DNA of 64,000 bases from Mobula hypostoma (lineage: Eukaryota), in contig NC_086097.1 of the NCBI RefSeq assembly GCF_963921235.1, positions 254,636,001 to 254,700,000 of the forward strand, given 5' to 3'. The position numbers were made by a program, and so were the translations under genes. Below, piece by piece: positions 13,370 through 25,125 of the stretch; the first letter of the stretch is position 1, and each line of letters begins with the position of its first letter. The notes under the pieces were generated by a model. It was not told the DNA's origin, ran no database searches, and saw only the letters and a program-made list of their open reading frames with translations.

Positions 13370-16324
13370 AACATAGAAACATAGAAACATAGAAAATAGG
13401 TGCAGGAGTAGGCCATTCGGCCCTTCGAGCCTGCACCACCATTTATTATGATCATGGCTGATCATCCAACTCAGAACCCAGCCTTCCCTCCATACCCCCT
13501 GACCCCTGTAGCCACAAGGGCCATATCTAACTTCCTTTTAAACATAGCTAATGAACTGGCCTCAACAGTTTGCTGTGGCAGAGAATTCCACAGATTCACC
13601 ACTCTCTGTGTGAAGAAGTTTTTCCTAACCTCGGTCCTAAAAGGCTTCCCCTCTATCCTCAAACTGTGACCCCTCGTTCTAGACCTCCCCAACATCGGGA
13701 ACAATCTTCCCGCATCTAGCCTGTCCAATCCCTTTAGGATCTTATACGTTTCAATCAGATCCCCCCTCAATCTTCTAAATTCCAACGAGTACAAGCCCAG
13801 TTCATCCAGTCTTTCTTCATATGAAAGACCTGCCATCCCAGGAATCAATCTGGTGAACCTTCTTTGTACTCCCTCTATGGCAAAGATGTCTTTCCTCAGA
13901 TTAGGGGACCAAAACTGCACACAATACTCCAGGTGTGGTCTCACCAAGGCCTTGTACAACTGCAGTAGTACCTCCCTGCTCCTGTACTCGAATCCTCTCG
14001 CTATAAATGCCAGCATACCGTTCGCCTTTTTCACCGCCTGCTGTACCTGCATGCCCACTTTCAATGACTGGTGTATAATGACACCCAGGTCTCGTTGCAC
14101 CTCCCCTTTTCCTAATCGGCCACCATTCAGATAATAATCTGTTTTCCTATTTTTGCCACCAAAGTGGATAACTTCACATTTATCCACATTAAATTGCATC
14201 TGCCATGAGTTTGCCCACTCACCCAACCTATCCAAGTCACCCTGCATCCTCTTAGCATCCTCCTCACTGCTAATACTGCCACCCAGCTTTGTGTCATCCG
14301 CAAACTTGGAGATGCTGCATTTAATTCCCTCATCCAAGTCATTAATATATATTGTAAACAACTGGGGTCCCAACACTGAGCCTTGCGGTACCCCACTAGT
14401 CACCGCCTGCCATTCTGAAAAGGTCCCGTTTATTCCCACTCTTTGCTTCCTGTCTGCTAACCAATTCTCCACCCACACCAATACCTTACCCCCAATACCG
14501 TGTGCTTTAAGTTTGCACACTAATCTCCTATGTGGGACCTTGTCAAAAGCCTTTTGAAAATCCAAATATACCACATCCACTGGTTCTCCCCTATCCACTC
14601 TACTAGTTACATCCTCAAAAAATTCTATGAGATTCGTCAGACATGATTTTCCTTTCACAAATACATGCTGACTTTGTCCGATCATTTCACCGCTTTCCAA
14701 ATGTGCTGTTATCACATCCTTGATAACTGACTCCAGCAGTTTCCCCACCACCGACGTTAGGCTAACCGGCCTATAATTCCCCGGTTTCTCTCTCCCTCCT
14801 TTTTTAAAAAGTGGGGTTACATTAGCCACCCTCCAATCCTCAGGAACTAGTCCAGAATCTAACGAGTTTTGAAAAATTATCACTAATGCATCCACTATTT
14901 CTTGGGCTACTTCCTTAAGCACTCTGGGATGCAGACCATCTGGCCCTGGGGATTTATCTGCCTTCAATCCCTTCAATTTACCTAACACCACTTCCCTACT
15001 AACATGTATTTCGCTCAGTTCCTCCATCTCACTGGACCCTCTGTCCCTTACTATTTCTGGAAGATTATTTATGTCCTCCTTAGTGAAGACAGAACCAAAG
15101 TAATTATTCAATTGGTCTGCCATGTCCTTGCTCCCCATAATCAATTCACCTGTTTCTGTTTGCAGGGGACCTACATTTGTCTTTATCAGTCTTTTCCTTT
15201 TTACATATCTATAAAAGCTTTTACAGTCCGTTTTTATGTTCTCTGCCAGTTTTCTCTCATAATCTTTTTTCCCCTTCCTAATTAAGCCCTTTGTCCTCCT
15301 CTGCTGAACTCTGAATTTCTCCCAGTCCTCAGGTGAGCCACTTTCTCTGGCTAATTTGTATGCTACTTCTTTGGAATTGATACTATCCCTAATTTCTCTT
15401 GTCAGCCACGGGTGCACTACCTTCCTTGATTTATTCTTTTGCCAAACTGGGATGAACAATTGTTGTAGTTCATCCATGCAACCTTTAAATGCCTGCCATT
15501 GCATATCCACCGTCAATCCTTGAAGTGTCATTTGCCAGTCTATCTTAGCTAATTCATGTCTCATACCTTCAAAGTTACCCCTCTTTAAGTTCAGAACCTT
15601 TGTTTCTGAATTAACTACGTCACTCTCCATGTTAATGAAGAATTCCACCATATTATGGTCACTCTTACCCAAGGGGCCTCTCACGACAAGATCGCTAATT
15701 AACCCTTCCTCATTGCTCAAAACCCAGTCCAGAATAGCCTGCTCTCTAGTCGGTTCCTCGACATGTTGGTTCAAAAAACCATCCCGCATACATTCCAAGA
15801 AATCCTCTTCCTCAGCACCTTTACCAATTTGGTTCACCCAGTCTACATGTAGATTGAAGTCACCCATTATAATTGCTGTTCCTTTATTGCACACATTTCT
15901 AATTTCCTGTTTAATACCATCTCCGACCTCACTACTACTGTTAGGTGGCCTGTACACAACTCCCACCAGCGTCTTCTGCCCCTTAGTGTTACGCAGCTCT
16001 ACCCATATCGATTCCACATCTTCCCGGCTTATGTCCTTCCTTTCTATTGCGTTAATCTCTTTTTTAACCAGCAACGCCACCCCACCTCCCCTTCCTTCGT
16101 GTCTATCCCTCCTGAATATTGAATATCCCTGAACGTTGAGCTCCCATCCCTGGTCACCCTGGAGCCATGTCTCTGTGATCCCAACTATATCATAATCATT
16201 AATAACAATCTGCACTTTCAATTCATCCACCTTATTACGAATGCTCCTTGCATTGACAAATAAAGCCTTCAGGCGCTCTTTTACAACTCTCTTAGCCCTT
16301 TTTAATGCTTGCCCTGGATTTGTC
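13370..16324 (-). mobile_element. Young CR1 LINE, 5'-truncated at the start of ORF2
   Basis: (ATAGAAAC)n 8-bp tail at 13370-13397, 3' UTR, uninterrupted ORF2; near-identical to 51041-54010. Confidence 0.95.
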
Positions 16325-16326
16325 AA
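13471..16326 (-). CDS. CR1 ORF2: AP endonuclease + reverse transcriptase, open frame of 951 codons (no ATG at 5' end)
   Basis: VNARS, ITETW, YRPP, MGDFN, LDWV, SDH (endonuclease); KSPGPDG, YRPVSLTS, DFQKAFD, GVPQGSVLGP, FADDTK (RT). First codon is TTG at the truncation. Confidence 0.9.
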   Translation of the reverse strand: MTNPGQALKRAKRVVKERLKALFVNARSIRNKVDELKVQIVINDYDIVGITETWLQGDQGWELNVQGYSIFRRDRHEGRGGGVALLVKKEINAIERKDISREDVESIWVELRNTKGQKTLVGVVYRPPNSSSEVGDGIKQEIRNVCNKGTAIIMGDFNLHVDWVNQIGKGAEEEDFLECMRDGFLNQHVEEPTREQAILDWVLSNEEGLISDLVVRGPLGKSDHNMVEFFINMESDVVNSETKVLNLKRGNFEGMRHELAKIDWQMTLQGLTVDMQWQAFKGCMDELQQLFIPVWQKNKSRKVVHPWLTREIRDSINSKEVAYKLARESGSPEDWEKFRVQQRRTKGLIRKGKKDYERKLAENIKTDCKSFYRYVKRKRLIKTNVGPLQTETGELIMGSKDMADQLNNYFGSVFTKEDINNLPEIVRDRGSSEMEELSEIHVSREVVLGKLKGLKADKSPGPDGLHPRVLKEVAQEIVDALVIIFQNSLDSGLVPEDWRVANVTPLFKKGGREKPGNYRPVSLTSVVGKLLESVIKDVITAHLESGEMIGQSQHVFVKGKSCLTNLIEFFEDVTSRVDRGEPVDVVYLDFQKAFDKVPHRRLVCKLKAHGIGGKVLVWVENWLADRKQRVGINGTFSEWQAVTSGVPQGSVLGPQLFTIYINDLDEGIKCSISKFADDTKLGGSISSEEDAKRMQGDLDRLGEWANSWQMQFNVDKCEVIHFGGKNRKTDYYLNGGRLGKGEVQRDLGVIIHQSLKVGMQVQQAVKKANGMLAFIARGFEYRSREVLLQLYKALVRPHLEYCVQFWSPNLRKDIFAIEGVQRRFTRLIPGMAGLSYEERLDELGLYSLEFRRLRGDLIETYKILKGLDRLDAGRLFPMLGRSRTRGHSLRIEGKPFRTEVRKNFFTQRVVNLWNSLPQQTVEASSLAMFKRKLDMALVATGVRGYGGKAGF

Positions 16327-16447
16327 ACATGGTCACTAAGCTATCAACTCCATCATCCAAATGATTGGCATATAAGAACAAGGATTAGTCCCAACACTGG
16401 CCCTTGCAGAACTCCACTAGGCATCAGCAGCTGACCAGAAAAGGCTC

Positions 16448-16617
16448 ACAAACACGAAAAAATCTGCAGATGCTGGAAATGCAGAGCAACACACACAAAA
16501 TGCTGGAGGAACTCAGCAGGCCAGGTATCATCTATGAAAAACAGTAAACAGTCAACATTTCAGGCCTTCATGCTGCCAGGCCTGCTGATTTCCTCTAGCA
16601 TTTTGTGTATGTTGCAA
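16448..16617. mobile_element. Short fold-back PLE terminal-repeat insertion
   Basis: gcaacacacacaaaatgctggaggaactcagcaggcc (~16486-16522) recurs inverted at ~16579-16616. Confidence 0.65.
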
Positions 16618-16679
16618 CAGAAAAAGTGCCCTTTATACAGAATCTTTGCCTCCTGCCGGTCAGCCAAACTTGTATCTAT

Positions 16680-17175
16680 GCTGTTATGGTACCACTCAGC
16701 CAGATTTTCAATCTCCCTCCTATATGCTAATTTGTCACCACCTTTGATTTGGCCAGTCACAGTGGTGTTGAAGAGCAAATTTATATATGGCATTGGAGCT
16801 GTGCTTAGCCACACAGTCATAGTATAGGATGAATAGAACAGGGTGCTAAGCACACAGCCTTAGGGTGCATTTGTGCTGATGGAGATTGTGAAGATTTTGT
16901 TGCCAATCTAAACTGACTGGGGTCTGCAAGTGAGGAAATCGAGGATCCAATTGCACAAGGAGATATTGAGGCTAAGATCTAGGAGCTTATTGATTAGTTT
17001 TAGGGGATGATAATATTGAATACTGAGCTATAATCAATGAAGAGCATCCGGATGTGTAGACCCTCACCGTCCAGATGTTGCAGCATTGAGTGAAGAGCCA
17101 ATGAAATGTCATCTGCTGTTGAGCTGTTGTGACAGGAGGCAAATAGGAGTGGATCCAAGTCACTTCTCAGGCAGG
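16680..17175 (-). mobile_element. Rex1-like LINE RT fragment
   Basis: Minus strand gives [16 protein letters not shown] and GCVLS.LF motifs. Confidence 0.65.
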
Positions 17176-17224
17176 ACCTCTGGTTGTAGTCCGCCCAACC
17201 TCAGTGGAAAAAGCTGATGCGGTT

Positions 17225-18120
17225 ACCTTCATAATTTTGTGTACCTCTATCAAATCTTCTCTCAAAGTTTTTTATGTTCTAGGGAATAAAGTCCTAACCG
17301 ATTCAATCTTTCCTTATAACTCAGGTCCTCCAGACCCAGCAACATCCTTGTAAATGTTCTCCGCACTCTTTCAACCTTGTTTACCTCTTTTCTGTAGGTA
17401 GATGACCAAAAGTGTACACAATACTCTGTTAGGCCTCTCCAATGCTTTATACAACTTCAGCATAATATCCCATCTTCTGTACTCGATTCTTTGATTCATG
17501 AAGGCCAATGTGCTAAAAGCTTTAATTATGACCCTATCTACCTGTGAATGCCACCTTCGATGAATTATGGACCTATGTTCTCAAATCGCACTCCTTGGTT
17601 CCCCTACAATTCACCATATCCTGGTTTGTCCTATTGAAGTGCAAAATTTTGCACTTGTCTGCATTAAATTCCATCTGTCATTTTTCAGCCTGTTTTCCCA
17701 GCTGATACAGATCTCTCTGCAAGCCATGATTGCCTTCCTCACTATCTACTGCACCCCCAATAGTGGTGAAATCTGCAAACTTGAAGATCCAGTTAATCAC
17801 ATTATCATCCAGATTGTTGACCAATTTCCCCCTGGGATCAATAAAGTATGACTATGACTATGATACAGATGGTAAACAACAACGGACAAAGGACCCATCT
17901 TTTTGTAAATTTACTTTGAAACTAATGGCATTGTGGTCACTGGATGCAAAGTGATCCCCTACACAAACCTCTGTCACCTGCCCTGTCTCATTTCCTAATA
18001 ATAGATCTGGTGCTGATGAGGGAAACTTTCCTGAACACATTTGACAAACTTTATCCAATCTAGTCCCTTTACAGTATGCGAGTCCCAGTCACTATGTGGA
18101 AAGTTAAAATCACTATCATA
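17225..18120 (-). mobile_element. Decayed CR1 fragments
   Basis: RT-region remnants and GDHFASSDHNAISF endonuclease remnant. Confidence 0.7.
17821..17863 (+). mobile_element. Rex1-type 3'-tail micro-insertion
   Basis: ccaatttccccctgggatcaataaag(tatgac)n matches the 3' end of the 21872-22629 element. Confidence 0.75.
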
Positions 18121-18429
18121 TAACTATCATATATGAGCCTCCAAATAGTAGCCAAGACGTGGGGTTGAGATTGCAAAGGGAGCTGGAAAAGGCATGTAAA
18201 AAGGGTAATGACACAATTGTAATGGGGGACTTCAATATGCAAGGGGATTGGAAAAACCCGATTGGTGTCAGATTGCAAGAGAGGGAATTTTTTCAATGCC
18301 TACGTGATGGCTTTTTAGAGCAGCTTGTGCTTGAGCCTACTCAGAGAAAGGTTATCTTGGATTGGGTGTTGGATAATAACCCAGATCTTAATAAGGAGTT
18401 TAACGTAAATACAAAAAAATCTTAATGAG

Positions 18430-19878
18430 GCGTATTGCTCATGTTGTTCCATTGTTTAAAAAGGGTTCTAAGAGTAAACCTGGCAATTATTGGCCTGTGA
18501 GTTTGACGTCAGTGGTGGGTAAATTGATGGAAAGTATTCTTAGAGATGGTATATATAATTATCTGGATAGACAGGGTCTGATTAGGAACAGTCAACATGG
18601 ATTTGTGCGTGGAAGGTCATGTTTGACAAATCTTACTGAATTTTTTGAAGAGGTTACTAGGAAAGTTGACGAGGGTAGGGTGGATGTTGTCTATATGGAC
18701 TTCAGTAAGGCCTTTGACAAGGTTCCACATGGAAGGTTAGTTAGGAAGGTTCAATCGTTAGCCATTAATATCGAAGTAGTAAAATGGATTCAGCAGTGGC
18801 TAGATGGGAGACACCAGAGAGTAATGGTGGATAACTGTGTGTCAGATTGGAGGACGGTGTGTAGCGGTGTGTAGCGGTGTGCCTCAGGGATCTGAACTGG
18901 ATCCAATGTTGTTTGTAATATATATTAATGATCTGGATGATGGGGTGGTAAATTGGATTAGTAAGTATGCAGATGATACTAAGATAGGTGGTGTTATGGA
19001 TGATGAGGTAGGTTTTCAAAACTTGCAGAGAGATTTAGGCCAGTTAGAAGAGCGGGCTGAAAGATGGCAGATGGAGTTTAATGCTGAAAAATGTGAGGTG
19101 CTACATTTTGGTAGGACTAATCAAAATTGGATATACATGGTAAATGGTAGGGCATTGAAGAATGCAGTAGAACAGAGGGATCTAGGAATAATGGTGCATA
19201 CTTCCCTGAAGGTGGAATCTCACGTGGATAGGGTGGTGAAGAAAGCTTTTGGTATGCTGACCTTTATAAATCAGAGCATTGAATATAGGAGTTGGGATGT
19301 AATGTTGAATTTGTATAAGGCATTGGTAAGGCCAAATCTGGAGTATTGTGTACAGTTCTGGTCACCAAATTATAGGAAGGATGTCAATAAAATTGAGAGA
19401 GGAGGTTTACTAAAATGTTGCCTGGGTTTCATCTCCTAAGTTACAGAGAATGGTTGAACAAGTTAGGTCTTTATTCTTTGGAGCATAGAAGGTTGAGGGG
19501 GGACATGATAGAGGTGTTTAAAATTATGAGGGGGATTGATAGAGTTGATGTGGTTAGACTTTTTCCATTGAGATGGGGAAGATTCAAACAAGTGGGCATG
19601 GGTTGAGAATTAGAGGACAAAAGTTTAGGGGTAACATGAGGGGAAACTTCTTTACTCAGAGAGTGGTAGCTGTGTGGAACGAGCTTCCAGCAGAAGTGGT
19701 TGAGGCAGGTTCGATGTTGTCATTTAAAGTTAAATTGGATAGATATATGGACAGGAAAGGAATGGAGCGTTATGGGCTGAGTGCAGGTCGGTGGGACTAG
19801 AATAGGGTAAGAGTTTGGCACGGACCAGAAGGGCCGAGATGGCCTGTTTCCGTGCTGTAATTGTTATATGGTTATATG
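18430..19878 (+). mobile_element. 5'-truncated CR1 LINE (RT + 3' UTR)
   Basis: RT motifs (YMDFSKAFDKVPH, YADDTK); (GTTATATG)2 tail; gtaaa repeated at both flanks. Confidence 0.9.
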
Positions 19879-20390
19879 GTAAAGGAACCCTTAGGAAGCA
19901 GTGATCATAATATGATTGAATTCATATCGCAATTTGAGAGGGAGAAGCATAACTCACATGTATCAGTATCACAATGGAATTACAGAGGCATGAGGGAGGA
20001 GCTTGCCCAGGTGGATTGATGACGGATACTGACAGGGATGACAGCAGCAGAGATGCCTGAAGTTCCTGGGAATAGTTCACAAAGTGCAGGACAGATATGT
20101 CCCACAGAGGAAGATCCTAAATGGCAGGTGTAGGCAACCATGGCTGACAAGGGAAATTAAAGACTGTATAAAAGCCAAGGAAAGGGCATATAAGGTAGGA
20201 AAGGTGAGTGGGAAGTTGGATGATTGGGAAGCTTTTAAAATCCAACAAAAGGCAACTTAAAAAGCTATAAGAAGGGAAAAGATGAAATATGAGGTCAAAC
20301 TAGCCATTAATATAAAGCAAGGTACAAAAAGTTTTTCGGTTATATAAAGAGTAAAAGCAGGGCCGGATTGAGTGGGGCCGGCGCCCCTGG

Positions 20391-20664
20391 GCTGGAGACC
20401 CTGATGGGCCCCCGGGCAGGAGTCCCTGATGGGCCCCCGGGCTGGAGTCCCTGATGGGCCCCCTGGCTGGAGACCCTGATGGGCCCCCGGGCAGGAGTCC
20501 CTGATGGGCCCCCGGGCTGGAGTCCCTGATGGGCCCCCCGGCTGGAGACCCTGATGGGCCCCCGGGCAGGAGTCCCTGATGGGCCCCCGGGCTGGAGACC
20601 CTGATGGGCCCCCGGGCAGGAGTCCCTGATGGGCCCCCCGGGCTGGAGGCCCTGATGGGCCCCT
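20391..20664. repeat. GC-rich 25-bp minisatellite, ~11 copies, subterminal in the hAT element
   Basis: Unit GGAG(A/T)CCCTGATGGGCCCCCGGGC(A/T), head to tail with no spacers. Confidence 0.95.
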
Positions 20665-21871
20665 GCCAACACTGTAAAATGTTGCTGTACCAAGCAAAAA
20701 AAGGCCAGAACAAGAGCAAAGGTCGTACTGGTCTAAATATCAAAGCTGTGGATCTAGGCATTGGTTTAGTACAATACGTAGGCTATAAACTTATTGGCCT
20801 TCAGCGGGAGGACAGAAAGTAATGCAGATTCTTAGTTTGAAGGACCACATCTAAAACACTCAAAAATTGACCTAGGCTTTGTTGGCTTAGTAAAGTTATG
20901 AGGGAGGCAAAGTATGATGTACCCAATCTTAAATCTTTATTTAGCTATTGTTGCACATGCCACAGGCCTTATTTCTCAAACAATGCCAAGCATTTTTATC
21001 TCAGTATTTTTCTCAACCGTGTGTTCTGAGAAAGTAAAGTGGAAATGAGAGACATAAAGGCCAAGAGACATGGCACTATGGCAAACTAGAAACTTGACAA
21101 TACTCCAACAATCTTTTTTGAAAAATGAGATCTATCACATACTAACCTATTGCTGTGCTGTGTGGCTTGCAGAGTAAAGACCACTTATTACTTACTAGGT
21201 TTGTAAAAAGTCAACTATTAGCCTATTGTCACAAAAACAGGAACAGCACTGACACACAAGCCTAGATATTTACAAAGTCAGATGTTTGTTTCTAGAAATT
21301 AAAGCCTAGTTCTTCTGGATTTCTTCGCAGCAAAGTCCTTGATCAGATCACTAAAATCCAGTTTCCGATCAAGATCAGTTTCAAGTGACATCAGAGTAAG
21401 ATGACTCAGCTTGTCCTGTCCCATTGTGGATCTGAGCCTATTCTTCACTAGCTTGAGTTTGGAGAAAGATCGCTCACCACTTGCATTTGTGACAGGGAGA
21501 ATCAGGTAAAGCCTCAAAGCAATGCTTACATTTGGGAAGATGACCTGCAAGTTTTTTTTTTCTCTCTAAGGAAGCATAAAAGCTCTGTTGTGGATGAAAT
21601 ATCTTTGCCACTTACAAATTCCCTGAAATGGACAATCTCCTCCACAAAGTCTAACTCCAGGTCAGCTGAATATCTGCTTTGGAGATCAGATGCTCTCCTG
21701 CGCAGATCTTGTACAGAGAGAGAAGGGATATTGTTTAGGATGCCAAATATGTTGTTAAGGTCATTATATGATGCAAATCTGCAATCAATTTCTGCAAGTA
21801 ATCTATCCATCACGGCCAAAAAAAGCAGTAGCTGAGAATTTTTCTCTGGCTGACAAGCCAACATCAGGTGT

Positions 21872-22629
21872 TCATAGTCATAGTCATACTTTATTGATCC
21901 CGGGGGAAATTGGTTTTCGTTACAGTTGCACCATAAATAATAAATAGTAATAGAACCATAAATAGTTAAATAGTAATATGTAAATTATGCCAGTAACTTA
22001 TGAAATAAGTCCAGGACCAGCCTATCGGCACAGGGTGTCTGACCCTCCAAGGGAGGAGTTGTAAAATTTGATGGCCACAGGCAGGAATGACTTCCTATGA
22101 CGCTCTGTGCTGCATCTCGGTAGAATGAGTCTCTGGCTGAATGTACTCCTGTGCCCACCCAGTACATTATGTAGTGGATGGGAGACATTGTCCAAGATGG
22201 CATGCAACGTAGACAGCATCCTCTTTTCAGACACCACCGTCAGAGAGTCCAGTTCCATCCCCACAACATCACTGGCCTTACGAATGAGTTTGTTGATTCT
22301 GTTGGTGTCTGCTACCCTCAGCCTGCTGCCCCAGCACACAACAGCAAACATGATAGCACTGGCCACCACAGACTCGTAGAACATCCTCAGCATCGTCCGG
22401 CGGATGTTAAAGGACCTCAGTCTCCTCAGGAAATAGAGATGGCTCTGACCCTTCTTGTAGACAGCCTCAGTGTTCTTTGACCAGTCCAGTTTATTGTCAA
22501 TTCGTATCCCCGGGTATTTGTAATCCTCCACCACGTCCACACTGACCCCCTGGATGAAAACAGGGGTCACCGGTACCTTAGCTCTCCTCAGGTCTACCAC
22601 CAGCTCCTTAGTCTTTTTCACATTAAGCT
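21872..22629 (-). mobile_element. 5'-truncated Rex1/Babar-like LINE nested in the hAT transposase
   Basis: ORF 22022-22621: KTKELVVDLRR, YFLRRLRSF, FYESVVAS, SHPLH, SFLPVAI; AATAAAG + (TATGAC)n tail. Confidence 0.85.
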
Positions 22630-24508
22630 TTCTGTTGTGGATTCACCCAGAAAGGCTTTACGTTTTCTTTGTCGTTGAGTGTCTTCTTTGTACACTTGAG
22701 AGACTGTTGGAGACATAGTTTTAGCTTGGGTCTCAAAAGTATCAATTGATCACGCAAGCTTGCTATGTATCCCCGTAGTGATCTTACCAAATCCACAGCA
22801 TTACACAGGTCTAGACTTACAGTTTGCAATGCAACACTTGCACTTTCAAAGTGCTGAATAATGCAATGCCACAATTTGCTCAGAAAAGCTATCTCAAGCT
22901 TGTCCATTTTCTTATATAGTGACCTTACTTCATTTTCAGTTGAAACATTCTGATTAACGTCATCTGCAATGCTCTTTAACGAATCTTGAATATTAGCATA
23001 ATTTCCGCACACTGCCTGTGTGGTTTCTGCATGTGCAGTATGAGAGAGAGACTTCAGAGCTTCAATGTGCTTGTTTGCATAATTAGGCTGAAGTCCTCCG
23101 GTCACCACCTTCCACCTAGAAGTTGACTTGGAGCAGAAGTTGAACACATTCTGCATGAAGCTGAAAAAAATCAGCTGTTTCAACACAACAGTTGACATTG
23201 TTGATTCCAACAAGATTCAATGTGTGTGTTGCACATGGAACCCACTCAGCAAGCGGATTGATTTCCTTGATGCGGGATCGTAAGCCTTTGTATGCACCGG
23301 GCATATTTGCAGCATTATCATAGCACTGCCCCCTGCAGTTGCTTATGTCAATATTCATCTCTCCTAAAACTTTGAGCACAGACTCACATAAAGCCTCCCC
23401 TGTGTGGCTCTCAATGTGTAGAAATCGTAAGAATTGTTCCTGAATGTTTCCATCAGTTGACATATAACGTAAAATGAACGTGAGCTGATCTACGTGTGCA
23501 ACATCTGTGCTTGAATCGATGCTAATAGAAAAGTATTTGGCCATTTTGACTTCACTTGACGATCTCTGACAGAACTCGATCGCTCATGAGCTCCATAAAC
23601 GCCTCACATGTTTAGGGTGAAAGATATGAAGGGGTGTCTGATCCTGCATTTCCAAATTTCTGTACGTGCGCCTTCAAAACGGGTCAAACTCACTTATTAC
23701 CTCCAGAATGCCCATGTAGTTGCCGTTATCAGGCCTGCCAGATATGTCACTGGAGCCTCGGATAGCCAGTCCCCTCTCGACCAAAAACTTCACAAACGCC
23801 ACCACTCTTCTCAATACGTCGGTCCTGTAGACACACTCTGACTCAAACTGTGTTTGCAGTTCTGTATCTATTCTTCCACTGTCAGCCGCTAGTGTAATGT
23901 AGGTCAGTATCGTTTTCCTGTGGTGTTGGCTATTTTCATGCTCTCCTGTGCGCTCAGCGGCATGTTTCCAGTCACTGAAGCCAGTTTCGAAGATGGACTG
24001 ACAGTTACCATCACTGAAGATGCGGCATGCAAAACAAAACACACAGCCGGTGGAAGGGGAATATAAGAGCCATTGCCTTGATATGTACTCGCCATTTACG
24101 AGCTTGCGTTTGAAGTGAAATTTGGAGAAAAAACGTCTCTGCTGTTTGTATTCTCGTTCCGAAGCTTTGATATCCACATCCTTATTCTGGCAGGACTCCG
24201 GCCCTTTCTTAGCCCAGTATGCTCGGACTGAATCATCTAACGTTTCCTTTCCCCAGCGAGCAGGATCAGTGCTGTAAGGATCCACAGTAGCGGTAACGTT
24301 AACATTAATGGCGGCCCGACTTGGTTGTTCGGAGGCCTCTGTGGTCGGGAATCCCAAAGTCATGCTCCCTGCCTCTTCAACGTTAGCTGCTGACTGTGGC
24401 AAGGATGGTGGTCCTGTGCTAACGCTGGTGCTAGCACTAGCTGTTGAACAAGTCTCTATTTATCCACCGGTCTCAGACTGTGACAAGAGCGATGGTACTG
24501 CTGCATCA

Positions 24509-25125
24509 CAGACATCCCACCTCTCCCGGAAGTTCCGGGAGTCTCCCGCATATTGATAGCGGCTCCCTGATGCCCGGAGATTATATACAATATTACAGAA
24601 ATCGATTTTTTTGGGAGGGAGAGGGAGAGCGAGCATCCTGATTGGTCTCTGTTCCTGCTAAGTAGACCTATCAGTTTTCTCTGTGGGCAGGCTTTACAGT
24701 CGACCTCAAAAATAATGACAGTGTTGCTCGCTGCACTGTTTGCAACAGTGACTTTTCTATTGCCTGTGGTGGGTTAAAATGTAAAAGACCTGTTGAGGTG
24801 AGTTTAACAGGTGTCCTTTGTTCATTAGCATAGCTAACGTTATTTAAACTAGCTGGCTAGCTGCTAAGGAGCTACACTATTGATGTCCTACGTGATGAGG
24901 CCAAACTCCCTGTAGACTTGCTTAAAGTTGGAATAGAAAAATATGGTAATATAATGTAAGTACATTTTCTGCATATACCCAACGTGGTTTACAGCTCAGA
25001 CAAAATCACCAAATAAAGTATTACATACACCCTTGGAGGTCGACCGGAGGGTGGGGGGATATGGGGTTGTGGGGCACGGGGGGTGCTACCTCCCTGAAAT
25101 GAGTTTCTGCAGGGTGGGATGTCTG
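24509..25125 (+). mobile_element. 617-bp non-autonomous TIR transposon with 6-bp TSD (hAT-related)
   Basis: 13-bp TIR CAGACATCCCACC / GGTGGGATGTCTG; TSD gcatca (24503-24508, 25126-25131); internal ARCTVCNSDFSIA.GG zinc-finger relic at 24711-24797. Confidence 0.85.

Noticed and set aside
13853..16132. Plus-strand ORFs opposite CR1 ORF2 (also 51119-53809 and similar)
   Set aside because: Antisense shadows of the LINE reading frame, recurring wherever CR1 occurs.
20257..20761. CRISPR array, or Gly/Pro-rich collagen-like ORFs
   Set aside because: Units are contiguous with no unique spacers and no cas genes; the ORFs are stop-free translations of a GC-rich 25-bp minisatellite.
23116..24402. Host ZMYM1-like zinc-finger gene
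   Set aside because: Lies between TIRs with a TSD and is frameshifted and interrupted, so it is a dead transposase.
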